A program made the translations under genes and the position numbers. Positions 39,457 to 48,685 of a stretch of DNA of 64,000 nt are shown piece after piece. Under the pieces are notes generated by a model. It was not told the DNA's origin and did not search any database. It was given only the letters and a program-made list of their open reading frames with translations. Origin of the DNA: an uncultured Bacteroidales bacterium. Its GTDB lineage: Bacteria > Bacteroidota > Bacteroidia > Bacteroidales > B18-G4. The stretch covers positions 576,479 through 640,478 of the forward strand of contig CAVWAP010000004.1 in NCBI GenBank assembly GCA_963753055.1, read 5' to 3'. The stretch's first letter is position 1. Each line of letters opens with the position of its first letter.

Positions 39457-39777
39457 ATGGAAAAAATACCGATATCTGTAAAAATCGCTGAGCGAACTTA
39501 CAGAATGACAATAGATCCGGAAGAAGAAGAGAAAGTTAGGGAAGCAGCCAAATTAATTAATGAAAAAATAAAACACTATTCAGAAAATTATGCTTTTAAT
39601 GATACGCAGGACTTATTATCGATGATTGCAATCCAGTGTGCAACAAGTTCCATTAGGATGGAAAAAACAGTAAGCAATATCGATGATGAACTTGCAGACA
39701 AACTAAAAGAAATTGACGGCATATTAACGGATCAACTTACTAAAGATACCAACACCAGTTCTTTGAAAAATATTTAA
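39457..39777 (+). CDS. zapA: Cell division protein ZapA
   Basis: 106 aa. ISVKIAERTYRMTIDPEEEE N-terminus is typical of ZapA. Confidence 0.7.
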   Translation: MEKIPISVKIAERTYRMTIDPEEEEKVREAAKLINEKIKHYSENYAFNDTQDLLSMIAIQCATSSIRMEKTVSNIDDELADKLKEIDGILTDQLTKDTNTSSLKNI

Positions 39778-39781
39778 GATT

Positions 39782-39984
39782 CACCCGCATTAACAAAAGC
39801 AGTTTATAAACTCAACACTATTCTATTTAGGGTTAAGCTCATAGGTCGGTAGGACAGGCCTCACTCCCAGCTTTGCTGGGGGAACATCCACGGATGTTCA
39901 TTGGAAGTCTGAACGGCTTGGCGACCCTATACATATCATTTGGGGTTTATTTTAAAACTCCCAAGTTAATGCGGGTTTTTTTTA
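39782..39984 (+). ncRNA. Structured ncRNA candidate (possibly 6S-like) between zapA and rny
   Basis: ORF-free 267-nt spacer. A perfect 12-bp helix joins 39783..39794 (acccgcattaac) to 39965..39976 (gttaatgcgggt) and is followed by a T-run. Nested helices: ataggtcg/cgaccctat, cccagc/gctggg, gaacatc/gatgttc. Confidence 0.4.
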
Positions 39985-40044
39985 TATCCCTACTTCTTGT
40001 TGTTAGAGCTTGTGAAGAGATGTGTTTAACTAAAAACCAGTAAG

Positions 40045-41586
40045 ATGGATACAATAATACTTGTTATTGTTGGCATCAGCGCTTTACTAGTGGGTGGATT
40101 AATCGCAAGTACATTCTTACGAAAAACCATTGAGAAGAAAAGTGAAACAATCCTAAAAGAGGCACAGGAAAAGGCTGAAGTCATAAAGAAAGATAAGATA
40201 CTGCAAGCAAAGGAGAAATTCTTACAACTAAAAGCAGAACACGAAAAAGTCATCAGTGAGAGGAATAGCATAATCCAGAAGAGTGAGAGTAAATTAAAAC
40301 AGCGTGAAGCTACCATCTCACAAAAGTTTGAAGACTTTCAAAGAAAAGACAAAGAAATTGAAACCATAAAGAGTAACCTTAACAACCAGTTGGAGCTGCT
40401 GAATAAAAGGCAGTTAGATATTGAAAAAGCCCATAAGCAACAGGTTGAACAATTGGAAAACATTTCTGGATTGTCGGCCGCTGAGGCAAAGAACCAGCTT
40501 ATCGAAACACTTAAGGAAGAGGCTAAATCTGAAGCCCAGGTCTTTGTTCGGGACATTGTTGATGAGGCTAAGATGTCGGCCAACCAGGAAGCAAAAAAGA
40601 TTGTTCTGGAAACCATTCAGCGTACAGCTACGGAGAATGCCATAGAAAATTCAGTTTCCGTCTTTAATATTGATAATGATGAGATCAAGGGCCGTATTAT
40701 CGGTCGTGAAGGAAGAAATATCAGGACCCTGGAGGCTCTTACAGGTATAGATATCATTATTGATGATTCTCCAGAAGCCATCATCTTATCAGGCTTCGAT
40801 CCGGTCAGAAGGGAAATAGCCAGGCTGTCGCTCCACAAGCTCGTTTCAGATGGCAGGATACATCCGGCGCGAATAGAAGAGGTGGTAGCCAAGACCAAGA
40901 AGCAGATCGAGCAGGAAATAATTGAAACCGGTAAGCGCACCGTGATCGACTTGGGTATACATAATATGCATCATGAGCTGATAAGGATGATAGGCCGTAT
41001 GAAATACCGTTCTTCCTACGGGCAAAACCTGCTTCTCCATTCAATCGAGGTTGCTAATCTCTGTGCTACCATGGCGGCAGAACTTGGGTTGAACCCGAAG
41101 AAAGCAAAAAGGGCTGGCCTGCTGCATGATATTGGAAAAGTGCCAGATAACGAACCTGACTTGCCCCATGCTATCCTGGGAATGAAAAGTGCAGAGAAGT
41201 TCAAGGAAAAGCCAGAAATCTGCAATGCCATTGGAGCACATCATGACGAGGTGGAAATGGAGTCACTCATCGCACCTATCGTACAGGTATGTGATGCCAT
41301 ATCCGGTGCCCGCCCAGGCGCCAGGAGAGAGGTTGCCGAAGCATATATCCAACGGCTGAACAAGTTGGAAGAGCTTGCACTCAATTATCCAGGTGTTGTC
41401 AAAACATATGCCATACAAGCTGGTAGGGAATTACGAGTGATCGTTGGTGCAGAGAAGGTTAATGATACCGAAGCTAACCAGATCTCCTATGACCTTTCAA
41501 GAAAGATCCAGGATGAAATGACATATCCCGGTCAAATAAAAATTACTGTGATCAGGGAAACAAGGGCAATCAATTTTGCCAAGTAA
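40045..41586 (+). CDS. rny: Ribonuclease Y
   Basis: N-terminal TM, long coiled coil, KH domain ([12 protein letters not shown]) and HD domain (LLHDIGK). Confidence 0.92.
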   Translation: MDTIILVIVGISALLVGGLIASTFLRKTIEKKSETILKEAQEKAEVIKKDKILQAKEKFLQLKAEHEKVISERNSIIQKSESKLKQREATISQKFEDFQRKDKEIETIKSNLNNQLELLNKRQLDIEKAHKQQVEQLENISGLSAAEAKNQLIETLKEEAKSEAQVFVRDIVDEAKMSANQEAKKIVLETIQRTATENAIENSVSVFNIDNDEIKGRIIGREGRNIRTLEALTGIDIIIDDSPEAIILSGFDPVRREIARLSLHKLVSDGRIHPARIEEVVAKTKKQIEQEIIETGKRTVIDLGIHNMHHELIRMIGRMKYRSSYGQNLLLHSIEVANLCATMAAELGLNPKKAKRAGLLHDIGKVPDNEPDLPHAILGMKSAEKFKEKPEICNAIGAHHDEVEMESLIAPIVQVCDAISGARPGARREVAEAYIQRLNKLEELALNYPGVVKTYAIQAGRELRVIVGAEKVNDTEANQISYDLSRKIQDEMTYPGQIKITVIRETRAINFAK

Positions 41587-41611
41587 ACTAAGTAGTTCTG
41601 GTTAAAAGCTA

Positions 41612-42148
41612 TTACTGGGCAGCCTCCTGGGCTTTCATCTTTTCTTCAAACTCCTTAATGAGCTCTTCAGGACTTTTACCCAGGTTCTGAATGGATATTT
41701 CTGCATCATCGGCGAAATCATTATCAGGATATTTATCAATAAACTCCTGGTAATACATCCTCGCCTTCTCCAGGTCACCCAGGTTATTCTCATAAACATA
41801 TGCTTTCAGGAATAGGCATTCAGGAGTTTTCCTGAAATCAGGATAGTCATTCATGATCCTGTCATAGAGCTCGACAGCCATTTCTCCCTTATTAATATTC
41901 ATGGTTATGTCAGCTGCCTTGAACAGATATTCAGGGGCCAGGGAGTCCTTTGGAAATTGATCCGCAAAGGAGATATACTGCTCAATTAGTTGATTGGCTT
42001 TCTCAAGATTACTCATGTCTCCTTCTTCAGAGAATAAGGCATCTTCGAGCAGTGTAATATTTTCAACGGCTTCAACGCGCGGATTGCCGCAAGATAAAAG
42101 AATAACTCCGCTAAGGATAAATAATGCAAATACCTTCAGTGTTTTCAT
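41612..42148 (-). CDS. Tetratricopeptide-repeat lipoprotein
   Basis: Signal/lipobox LLSCGN and TPR-like repeats. Confidence 0.65.
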   Translation of the reverse strand: MKTLKVFALFILSGVILLSCGNPRVEAVENITLLEDALFSEEGDMSNLEKANQLIEQYISFADQFPKDSLAPEYLFKAADITMNINKGEMAVELYDRIMNDYPDFRKTPECLFLKAYVYENNLGDLEKARMYYQEFIDKYPDNDFADDAEISIQNLGKSPEELIKEFEEKMKAQEAAQ

Positions 42149-42161
42149 AAAAATTATTGGT

Positions 42162-42749
42162 TTAATTGTTCAGTGCTGATTTCTTTTTCATAACGGGAAA
42201 AATCATTTTATATGATACATCAATGTCCCCTTTTGAAATATCATTGAGCTTCCTTCGTAATAAGGTCTTTTTTAATGGACTTACCTTGTCTACAAAAATG
42301 ATCCCTTCGAGGTGATCATATTCATGCTGGATTATCCTTCCAATAACACCTGTAAAAGTCTCATCGTGAAAGTTAAAGTCTGGGTCATAATATTGGATCC
42401 TGACAGTTGACTTTCTGCTTATGTCTTCCCTGATATTAGGGACGCTTAAGCATCCTTCATTGAACATCCAGCTATCCCCGCTCTCTTCCACAATCTGTGG
42501 GTTGATAAAAACTTTTTTAAAATCTTTGGCATCAGGATAATCTTCCGCATAAGGGCTGGCATCAACAATAAATAAACGAATAGACTTATTGATCTGTGGG
42601 GCTGCAAGGCCAACTCCAACAGATGTATACATGGTTTCAAACATATTCTCGATCAACTGGTCCAGTTCAGGATAGTCCTTTTCAATATCGTGTGAGACTC
42701 TGCGTAATGTAGGATGTCCGTATGCAACAATAGGTAGCATTTTACTCAT
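42162..42749 (-). CDS. def: Peptide deformylase
   Basis: Motifs GVGLAAPQ, EGCLS, HEYDHL. Confidence 0.9.
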   Translation of the reverse strand: MSKMLPIVAYGHPTLRRVSHDIEKDYPELDQLIENMFETMYTSVGVGLAAPQINKSIRLFIVDASPYAEDYPDAKDFKKVFINPQIVEESGDSWMFNEGCLSVPNIREDISRKSTVRIQYYDPDFNFHDETFTGVIGRIIQHEYDHLEGIIFVDKVSPLKKTLLRRKLNDISKGDIDVSYKMIFPVMKKKSALNN

Positions 42750-42760
42750 AATTGGGTATT

Positions 42761-43177
42761 TTATTTACTTTTTGATTCCAAATACGATTGTAATATTATT
42801 GTGGCGCTTATCTTGTCAATCAGTCCCTTATCCTGTCTGCTCTTTTTGCTGATACCCGAGTCAATCATGGTTTGAAAGGCTAACTTCGAAGTAAAACGCT
42901 CATCGTACCGATCAATTGTAATGCCAGGGTATCTTTTTCTTAGTTTTTTTACAAAAGGACCAATCCAGGCCTCAGCCTGCGATGCAGAATTATCCTTTTG
43001 CCTTGGCTCTCCAACAACGATCGTTTCAACATTTTCTTTTACAATGTATTGATCCAGGTAATTCATGATCTCTCCCGCGGGAACAGTGTCCAGTCCATTG
43101 GCAATCATCTGTAATTCATCAGTGACTGCAATGCCAACTCTCTTTTGCCCGAAATCAATAGCCATTATTCGTCCCAT
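42761..43177 (-). CDS. ruvX: Holliday junction resolvase-like protein RuvX (YqgF)
   Basis: IMAIDFGQKRVGIAV N-terminus, 138 aa. Confidence 0.85.
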   Translation of the reverse strand: MGRIMAIDFGQKRVGIAVTDELQMIANGLDTVPAGEIMNYLDQYIVKENVETIVVGEPRQKDNSASQAEAWIGPFVKKLRKRYPGITIDRYDERFTSKLAFQTMIDSGISKKSRQDKGLIDKISATIILQSYLESKSK

Positions 43178-43271
43178 CCTTGTAATTGATCTATATTTGG
43201 AACAACAAAATTATAAAGAAGTTCAAAGCCCAGCGAAAAAATTGGTTAATTTTGACTATCAAAGCCTTGCT

Positions 43272-44090
43272 ATGCAGTCAGAAATAAAGGAAATTATTGA
43301 GGACGCCTGGGAAAATAAACTCCTGTTGGATAAGTCTCAAACAAGGGATACCATTGATATTGTAATTGATCAGCTCGACAAAGGGAGTCTGAGAGTTGCT
43401 GAAAAAAAAGAAGGACAATGGATCATAAATGAATGGGTGAAGAAAGCTGTAATTATGTACTTTCCGATCCGCAAAATGAGATCAAGTTTTGCCGGACCGA
43501 TGGAATTTCATGATAAAATAGATCTAAAAAAAGGATATGATCAATTAGGAGTCCGTGTTGTACCCCATGCAATAGCCAGGTATGGTTCTTATGTGGCTAA
43601 AGGTGTGATTATGATGCCATCATATATAAATATCGGTGCTTATGTGGATACAGGGACCATGGTTGATACCTGGGCAACAGTTGGATCCTGTGCACAGATC
43701 GGGAAATCAGTACACCTGAGTGGTGGTGTAGGTATTGGCGGTGTGCTTGAACCGGTACAGGCAGCTCCGGTAATCATTGAAGATAACTGTTTTATAGGTT
43801 CACGATGCATCATTGTTGAAGGGGCCAGGATCGAAGAAGAAGCCGTGCTGGGTGCTAATGTTGTGATTACCAAATCAACAAAAATCATTGACGTCACAGA
43901 GGATAAACCGAGAACCTTCCAGGGAATTGTTCCACCCAGGTCAGTCGTAATCCCGGGGTCCTACACGAAATCATTTCCTGCTGGCAATTACCAGGTGCCA
44001 TGTGCACTGATTATAGGGCAAAGGAAAAAGTCAACTGACCTGAAGACTTCCCTGAATGATGCTTTACGGGAATACGATTTGCCGGTATAA
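43272..44090 (+). CDS. dapD: 2,3,4,5-tetrahydropyridine-2,6-dicarboxylate N-succinyltransferase
   Basis: Start moved to ATG 43272. Hexapeptide-repeat left-handed beta-helix region and DapD-like N-terminus. The upstream ORF-track extension is antisense to ruvX. Confidence 0.85.
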   Translation: MQSEIKEIIEDAWENKLLLDKSQTRDTIDIVIDQLDKGSLRVAEKKEGQWIINEWVKKAVIMYFPIRKMRSSFAGPMEFHDKIDLKKGYDQLGVRVVPHAIARYGSYVAKGVIMMPSYINIGAYVDTGTMVDTWATVGSCAQIGKSVHLSGGVGIGGVLEPVQAAPVIIEDNCFIGSRCIIVEGARIEEEAVLGANVVITKSTKIIDVTEDKPRTFQGIVPPRSVVIPGSYTKSFPAGNYQVPCALIIGQRKKSTDLKTSLNDALREYDLPV

Positions 44091-45076
44091 TGAAAAGTTT
44101 CCTCATCATACAAACAGCTTCTATCGGGGATGTTGTCCTGGCAAGCTCTCTCATTGAGAAACTGCACCAGCACTATCCGGAAGCACAAATAGATTTTCTC
44201 TTGAAAAAAGGAGTAGAGAGATTATTTAAGGACCATCCCCTGATAAATCGCCTCTATGTATGGGATAAATCCCAAAAGAAATACAAAAGTCTTAAGGAGA
44301 TAATTGGTCTGATCCGCAAGGAGCATTATGATTGCGTAGTTAACGCACAAAGGTTTGCAAGCACAGGCTTAATTACTGTCTTCTCTGCTGCTAAATGCAA
44401 GGTTGGATTCTCAAAAAATCCCTTTAGCCCGCTGTTTACAAAAAGGATCAAACATACAATAAAGAAGCATAACAGGCATGAGGTTGAACGAAATCATGAG
44501 CTGATCAAGCATATTACTGATGATGAACCAGGCCATGTCAAATTATATCCATCCCCCAGAGACTTTGCATTTACTTCTCAGTACAAAACGAACAAGTATA
44601 TCACTATTGCCCCGGCATCTTTATGGTTTACCAAACAGTACCCGGAAACAAAGTGGGTAGAATTTGTTGCAGATATTGATCCATCATTGTATATTTACTT
44701 CCTTGGTTCAGGGCAGGATAGATCCTTGTGTGATTCTATCATTCAAGGGGCTCATCACCCTAATTGTCTTAACCTTGCAGGGAAGTTATCATTTTTGGAA
44801 ACTGCTGCTTTGGTGAAAGATGCAGGTATGAATTTTGTAAATGATTCGGCTCCGTTACATATTGCGTCTGCCATGAATGCACCTGTAACAGCTATATTTT
44901 GCTCTACCATACCTGAATTTGGCTTCGGTCCATTATCTGATGATGCTGAGATCATTGAGACAACCAAGAAGTTAGACTGTAAGCCTTGTGGACTGCATGG
45001 CTGGGACCAATGCCCGAAAAAGCATTTTGAATGTGCAACAACTATTGACACAAACAAACTATTGAAGCGAACTTAG
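44090..45076 (+). CDS. Glycosyltransferase family 9 (heptosyltransferase-like)
   Basis: MKSFLIIQTASIGDVVLASSLIEKL N-terminus and C-terminal NDSAPLHIASAM are typical GT9 motifs. Confidence 0.8.
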   Translation: MKSFLIIQTASIGDVVLASSLIEKLHQHYPEAQIDFLLKKGVERLFKDHPLINRLYVWDKSQKKYKSLKEIIGLIRKEHYDCVVNAQRFASTGLITVFSAAKCKVGFSKNPFSPLFTKRIKHTIKKHNRHEVERNHELIKHITDDEPGHVKLYPSPRDFAFTSQYKTNKYITIAPASLWFTKQYPETKWVEFVADIDPSLYIYFLGSGQDRSLCDSIIQGAHHPNCLNLAGKLSFLETAALVKDAGMNFVNDSAPLHIASAMNAPVTAIFCSTIPEFGFGPLSDDAEIIETTKKLDCKPCGLHGWDQCPKKHFECATTIDTNKLLKRT

Positions 45077-45079
45077 AAG

Positions 45080-45643
45080 ATGGAACAAGTTGTCAAAGAA
45101 GCAGTTAATTACTTAAAAAAAGGGAAAACCATTCTGTACCCTACAGATACAATATGGGGTATAGGTTGTGATGCTACCAATTTTCAGGCTGTGGAAAAGG
45201 TTTTTAAAATTAAGCGCAGAAGGGAGCATAAAAGCCTGATTATACTTGTGGATTCATTTGACAGAATCCAGAATTATGTGGATAAAGTGCCTGAAATAAC
45301 CAGGGATCTCATTGAAAGCATGAATACACCACTGACTATAATCTTCCCTAAGGCCAAGAATCTTGCAAAAAATGTTGTTGGGTCTGATGGTAGCATTGCA
45401 ATCAGAGTGACCATGGATGATTTCTGTAAAAAAGTGATATCGGGATTTGGTAAGCCAATTGTATCGACATCTGCTAATATTTCCGGTCACACAAATCCGA
45501 TCGTCTTTGGCAAGATCAGCAAGCAAATAATCGATAATGTGGATTATGTCGTTACCTATCATAAAGATGAGTTGCTGAAAACCAAGGCATCAAGGATTAT
45601 AAAACTTGAGGACAACGGGGAGTTTAAAGTGATCAGGGAATAA
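45080..45643 (+). CDS. tsaC: L-threonylcarbamoyladenylate synthase (YrdC/TsaC type)
   Basis: YPTDTIWGIGCDA and STSANISG motifs. Confidence 0.8.
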   Translation: MEQVVKEAVNYLKKGKTILYPTDTIWGIGCDATNFQAVEKVFKIKRRREHKSLIILVDSFDRIQNYVDKVPEITRDLIESMNTPLTIIFPKAKNLAKNVVGSDGSIAIRVTMDDFCKKVISGFGKPIVSTSANISGHTNPIVFGKISKQIIDNVDYVVTYHKDELLKTKASRIIKLEDNGEFKVIRE

Positions 45644-46440
45644 TGAATCAGATCAAAGCAGGTTTCATACAATTTGCCCCTTTGTTGGGTGATCCCGGGA
45701 AAACCCTTGATAAAGTCGTACAATTAATGACAAATGTTCAGGATGCCGACCTGGTGGTGCTTCCTGAACTGGCAAATTCAGGCTATAATTTTACTTCTTC
45801 CAAACAAGCGTTTGATCTTTCTGAACCACTTGATAAGAGCGCATTTGTAGATTACCTCGTATCCTTTGCTAAATCTTTTAACCTTCACATCGTCACAGGA
45901 TTTAATGAGAGAGAAGGATCAGACCTTTTTAATTCATCTTTGTTGATTTCACCTTCAGGAATAATGGGGAAATACAGGAAGATACATCTGTTTATGAATG
46001 AGAAATCCTTCTTTAAACCCGGGAACCTGGGATTGCCTGTATATGACGTGGGATTTGGAAAACTGGGCATGCAAATCTGCTTTGATTACATCTTTCCTGA
46101 AACATGGAGGATCCTGGGCCTTAAAGGAGCCGACATTGTCTGCCATCCATCTAACCTTGTCACTCCCTATGCTCATAAAGTACTGCCTGCTCAAGCCCTG
46201 ATGAACAGGTTCTATATTATTACAGCTAACAGGATAGGTACTGAAAGAGATATTACTTTTTCAGGGAGATCCATAGTTGCTGATCCCGAAGGTGATATTA
46301 TTGTTGAAGCCCCAAAAAATTCAGAAGCAGTAACCATGGTTGAAATTGACCTGGAAAAAGCCCGGAATAAGATGATAACTGCTAATAATCACGTTTTTAA
46401 AGACCGCTTTCCTGAACAGTATAAAGACCTGGGTTGTTAA
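45643..46440 (+). CDS. Carbon-nitrogen hydrolase (nitrilase superfamily)
   Basis: Glu-Lys-Cys triad context: VLPELANSGY, YRKIHLF, GMQICFD. Confidence 0.85.
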   Translation: MNQIKAGFIQFAPLLGDPGKTLDKVVQLMTNVQDADLVVLPELANSGYNFTSSKQAFDLSEPLDKSAFVDYLVSFAKSFNLHIVTGFNEREGSDLFNSSLLISPSGIMGKYRKIHLFMNEKSFFKPGNLGLPVYDVGFGKLGMQICFDYIFPETWRILGLKGADIVCHPSNLVTPYAHKVLPAQALMNRFYIITANRIGTERDITFSGRSIVADPEGDIIVEAPKNSEAVTMVEIDLEKARNKMITANNHVFKDRFPEQYKDLGC

Positions 46441-46481
46441 TTATCATTTATTTGGATTACTTCTAAAGAAGGAAACTTTTG

Positions 46482-46489
46482 TAGCTTTG
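46482..46489 (+). promoter_or_regulatory. Candidate -7 box (tagctttg)
   Basis: TAnnTTTG match 41 nt upstream of ATG 46530. Confidence 0.3.
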
Positions 46490-46529
46490 CAAAAAATTAC
46501 TCCTGATCAATATTATAAATTGATACATA

Positions 46530-48599
46530 ATGTATAGAAACAAGCGCTTAAAGGTAAGGCGGGAAGATAAAGTTTACCAGCTTAAGAAGACCGATAAAGA
46601 ACTTCTATCCAACTGGTACTATTTGATGACCCTGGGTAGACAGTTGGATAACAAAGCTCCAAATTACTTAAAACAGGCATTGGGCTGGTCGTACCATGCA
46701 CCATATGCCGGCCATGACGGGATACAGCTTGCTATTGGACAGGTATTTGACCGAAAGACCGACCATCTGTTTCCATATTATAGAGACATGCTGACAGTGA
46801 TTTCTGCCGGATTAACAGCAGAAGAGATAATACTTAATGGCTTGTCGAAAAAAGATGATATCGCTGGTGGCGGGCGTCATATGTCAAACCATTTTGCTAA
46901 ACCAGCATGGAATATTCATAATGTATCTTCCTGTACAGGTAATCATACATTACATGCCGTCGGAGTTGCACGTGCCATGAAATACTATGGTTCAGAAGGG
47001 GTTGCAATCTCCTCTCAAGGAGAATCTTCAACATCTGAAGGGTATGTTTATGAAGCCATTAATGGTGCTACTAATGAAAAGCTTCCAGTGATTTTTGTCT
47101 TTCAGGATAATGGCTATGGCATTTCTGTTCCCAAGGCAGATCAGACAGCAAATCCAAGGGCTGCCACAAATTTTGAAGGCTTTAAGAATTTGGAGATCAT
47201 TTATTGTAACGGCCTTGATGTTTTTAACTCCATGAATGCCATGACATTAGCTAAGAAATGGGTTAAGGAGGAAGGTAAACCTGTGATTGTGCATGCTAAT
47301 TGTGTAAGGATTGGTTCTCATTCAAACTCTGACAGGCACGAATTGTACAGGGATATGAATGAGTTACTCGAAGTAAAAGGACTGGACCCAATACAGAAAT
47401 TCAGGAGCCGCCTGGTATACAATAGTATACTTTCAGATGAGGAGCTTGGTGCTTTAGACAGCAAAGCCAAAAAAGTTATCTCTGCTGCTCATAAAAAGGT
47501 GATCAGCATGCCTGACCCGGATCCTGCATCAATTTTTGATTTTGTTATTCCCGAGCCCTACGTTTCAGAGAAATATCCTGATGGTTTACCAGATGGGTCC
47601 GGTGCTAAAATGAAACTTATTGAAGCGTTGAATGAGACTCTTAAAGAAGAATTCCGAAAAAACCCCGACACCTTCATCTGGGGTCAGGATATTGCCTATA
47701 AAGAAAAAGGCGGAATCTTTAATGTGACCAAGGGGATGCAGCAGGAATTTGGCCACAAAAGAGTATTTAATGCCCCAATTGCTGAAGATTTTATTGTCGG
47801 TACTGCCAATGGCATGAGCCGTTACAATGATAAAATCAGGGTGGTGATAGAAGGAGCAGAATTTGCAGATTATTTCTGGCCGGCCATGGAGCAATTGATC
47901 GAACTAACACATGATTACTGGAGATCTAACGGCCAATTTTCTGCAAATGTGACTATTCGACTGGCATCCGGCGGATATATAGGAGGAGGATTGTACCATT
48001 CACAAACTATTGAGGCTGTATTTACATCCTTGCCTGGTATACGTGTAGCTTACCCATCATATGCTGATGATGCAGCAGGATTGCTCAGGACGAGTATCAG
48101 GTCTAAAGGACCGACCATGTTCCTGGAACCTAAAGCATTATATAATGATCCTGTAGCTGAAGCCTCCGTTCCTGAAGGATTTGAAGTGCCATTTGGGAAA
48201 GCAAGGATTCGTAGAGAGGGTGATGATCTCACTATCATTACCTATGGGAATACGACACCGATGTGTGTTAAGGTAGCGGATCAAATATCAAAGGAATTGA
48301 ATAAGGAAATAGAGGTAATTGACCTCAGATCACTTGTTCCGCTTGATAAGGAAGCCATCCTGGAATCTGTAAAACGTACAAATAAGGCCCTGGTCGTTCA
48401 TGAAGATAAGGTGTTTGCAGGGTTTGGTGGAGAGCTTGTAGCACTTATCATGGATGAAGCATTTGAATACCTTGATGCACCAGTTAAGCGTATCGGATCA
48501 ACATTCACGCCAGTTGGCTTTAACCGTATCCTGGAAAAAGCAATCCTCCCAGACCTGGACAAGATTAAAACAGCTGCCAGCGGATTACTGGGATATTGA
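46530..48599 (+). CDS. Fused alpha/beta E1 component of a 2-oxo acid dehydrogenase (TPP-dependent)
   Basis: 689 aa. N-terminal E1-alpha TPP-binding region (GEGSTSEG-like QGESSTSEG) and C-terminal E1-beta transketolase-like halves. Confidence 0.8.
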   Translation: MYRNKRLKVRREDKVYQLKKTDKELLSNWYYLMTLGRQLDNKAPNYLKQALGWSYHAPYAGHDGIQLAIGQVFDRKTDHLFPYYRDMLTVISAGLTAEEIILNGLSKKDDIAGGGRHMSNHFAKPAWNIHNVSSCTGNHTLHAVGVARAMKYYGSEGVAISSQGESSTSEGYVYEAINGATNEKLPVIFVFQDNGYGISVPKADQTANPRAATNFEGFKNLEIIYCNGLDVFNSMNAMTLAKKWVKEEGKPVIVHANCVRIGSHSNSDRHELYRDMNELLEVKGLDPIQKFRSRLVYNSILSDEELGALDSKAKKVISAAHKKVISMPDPDPASIFDFVIPEPYVSEKYPDGLPDGSGAKMKLIEALNETLKEEFRKNPDTFIWGQDIAYKEKGGIFNVTKGMQQEFGHKRVFNAPIAEDFIVGTANGMSRYNDKIRVVIEGAEFADYFWPAMEQLIELTHDYWRSNGQFSANVTIRLASGGYIGGGLYHSQTIEAVFTSLPGIRVAYPSYADDAAGLLRTSIRSKGPTMFLEPKALYNDPVAEASVPEGFEVPFGKARIRREGDDLTIITYGNTTPMCVKVADQISKELNKEIEVIDLRSLVPLDKEAILESVKRTNKALVVHEDKVFAGFGGELVALIMDEAFEYLDAPVKRIGSTFTPVGFNRILEKAILPDLDKIKTAASGLLGY

Positions 48600-48658
48600 T
48601 TTAACATAATTTAACAGAAATGTCAGCACCAGAGGCAATAAGACGGAGCTATTTATCG

Positions 48659-48666
48659 TAATTTTG
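48659..48666 (+). promoter_or_regulatory. Candidate -7 box (taattttg)
   Basis: TAnnTTTG match 20 nt upstream of ATG 48686. Confidence 0.3.
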
Positions 48667-48685
48667 GTGAGATATTATTAATACT

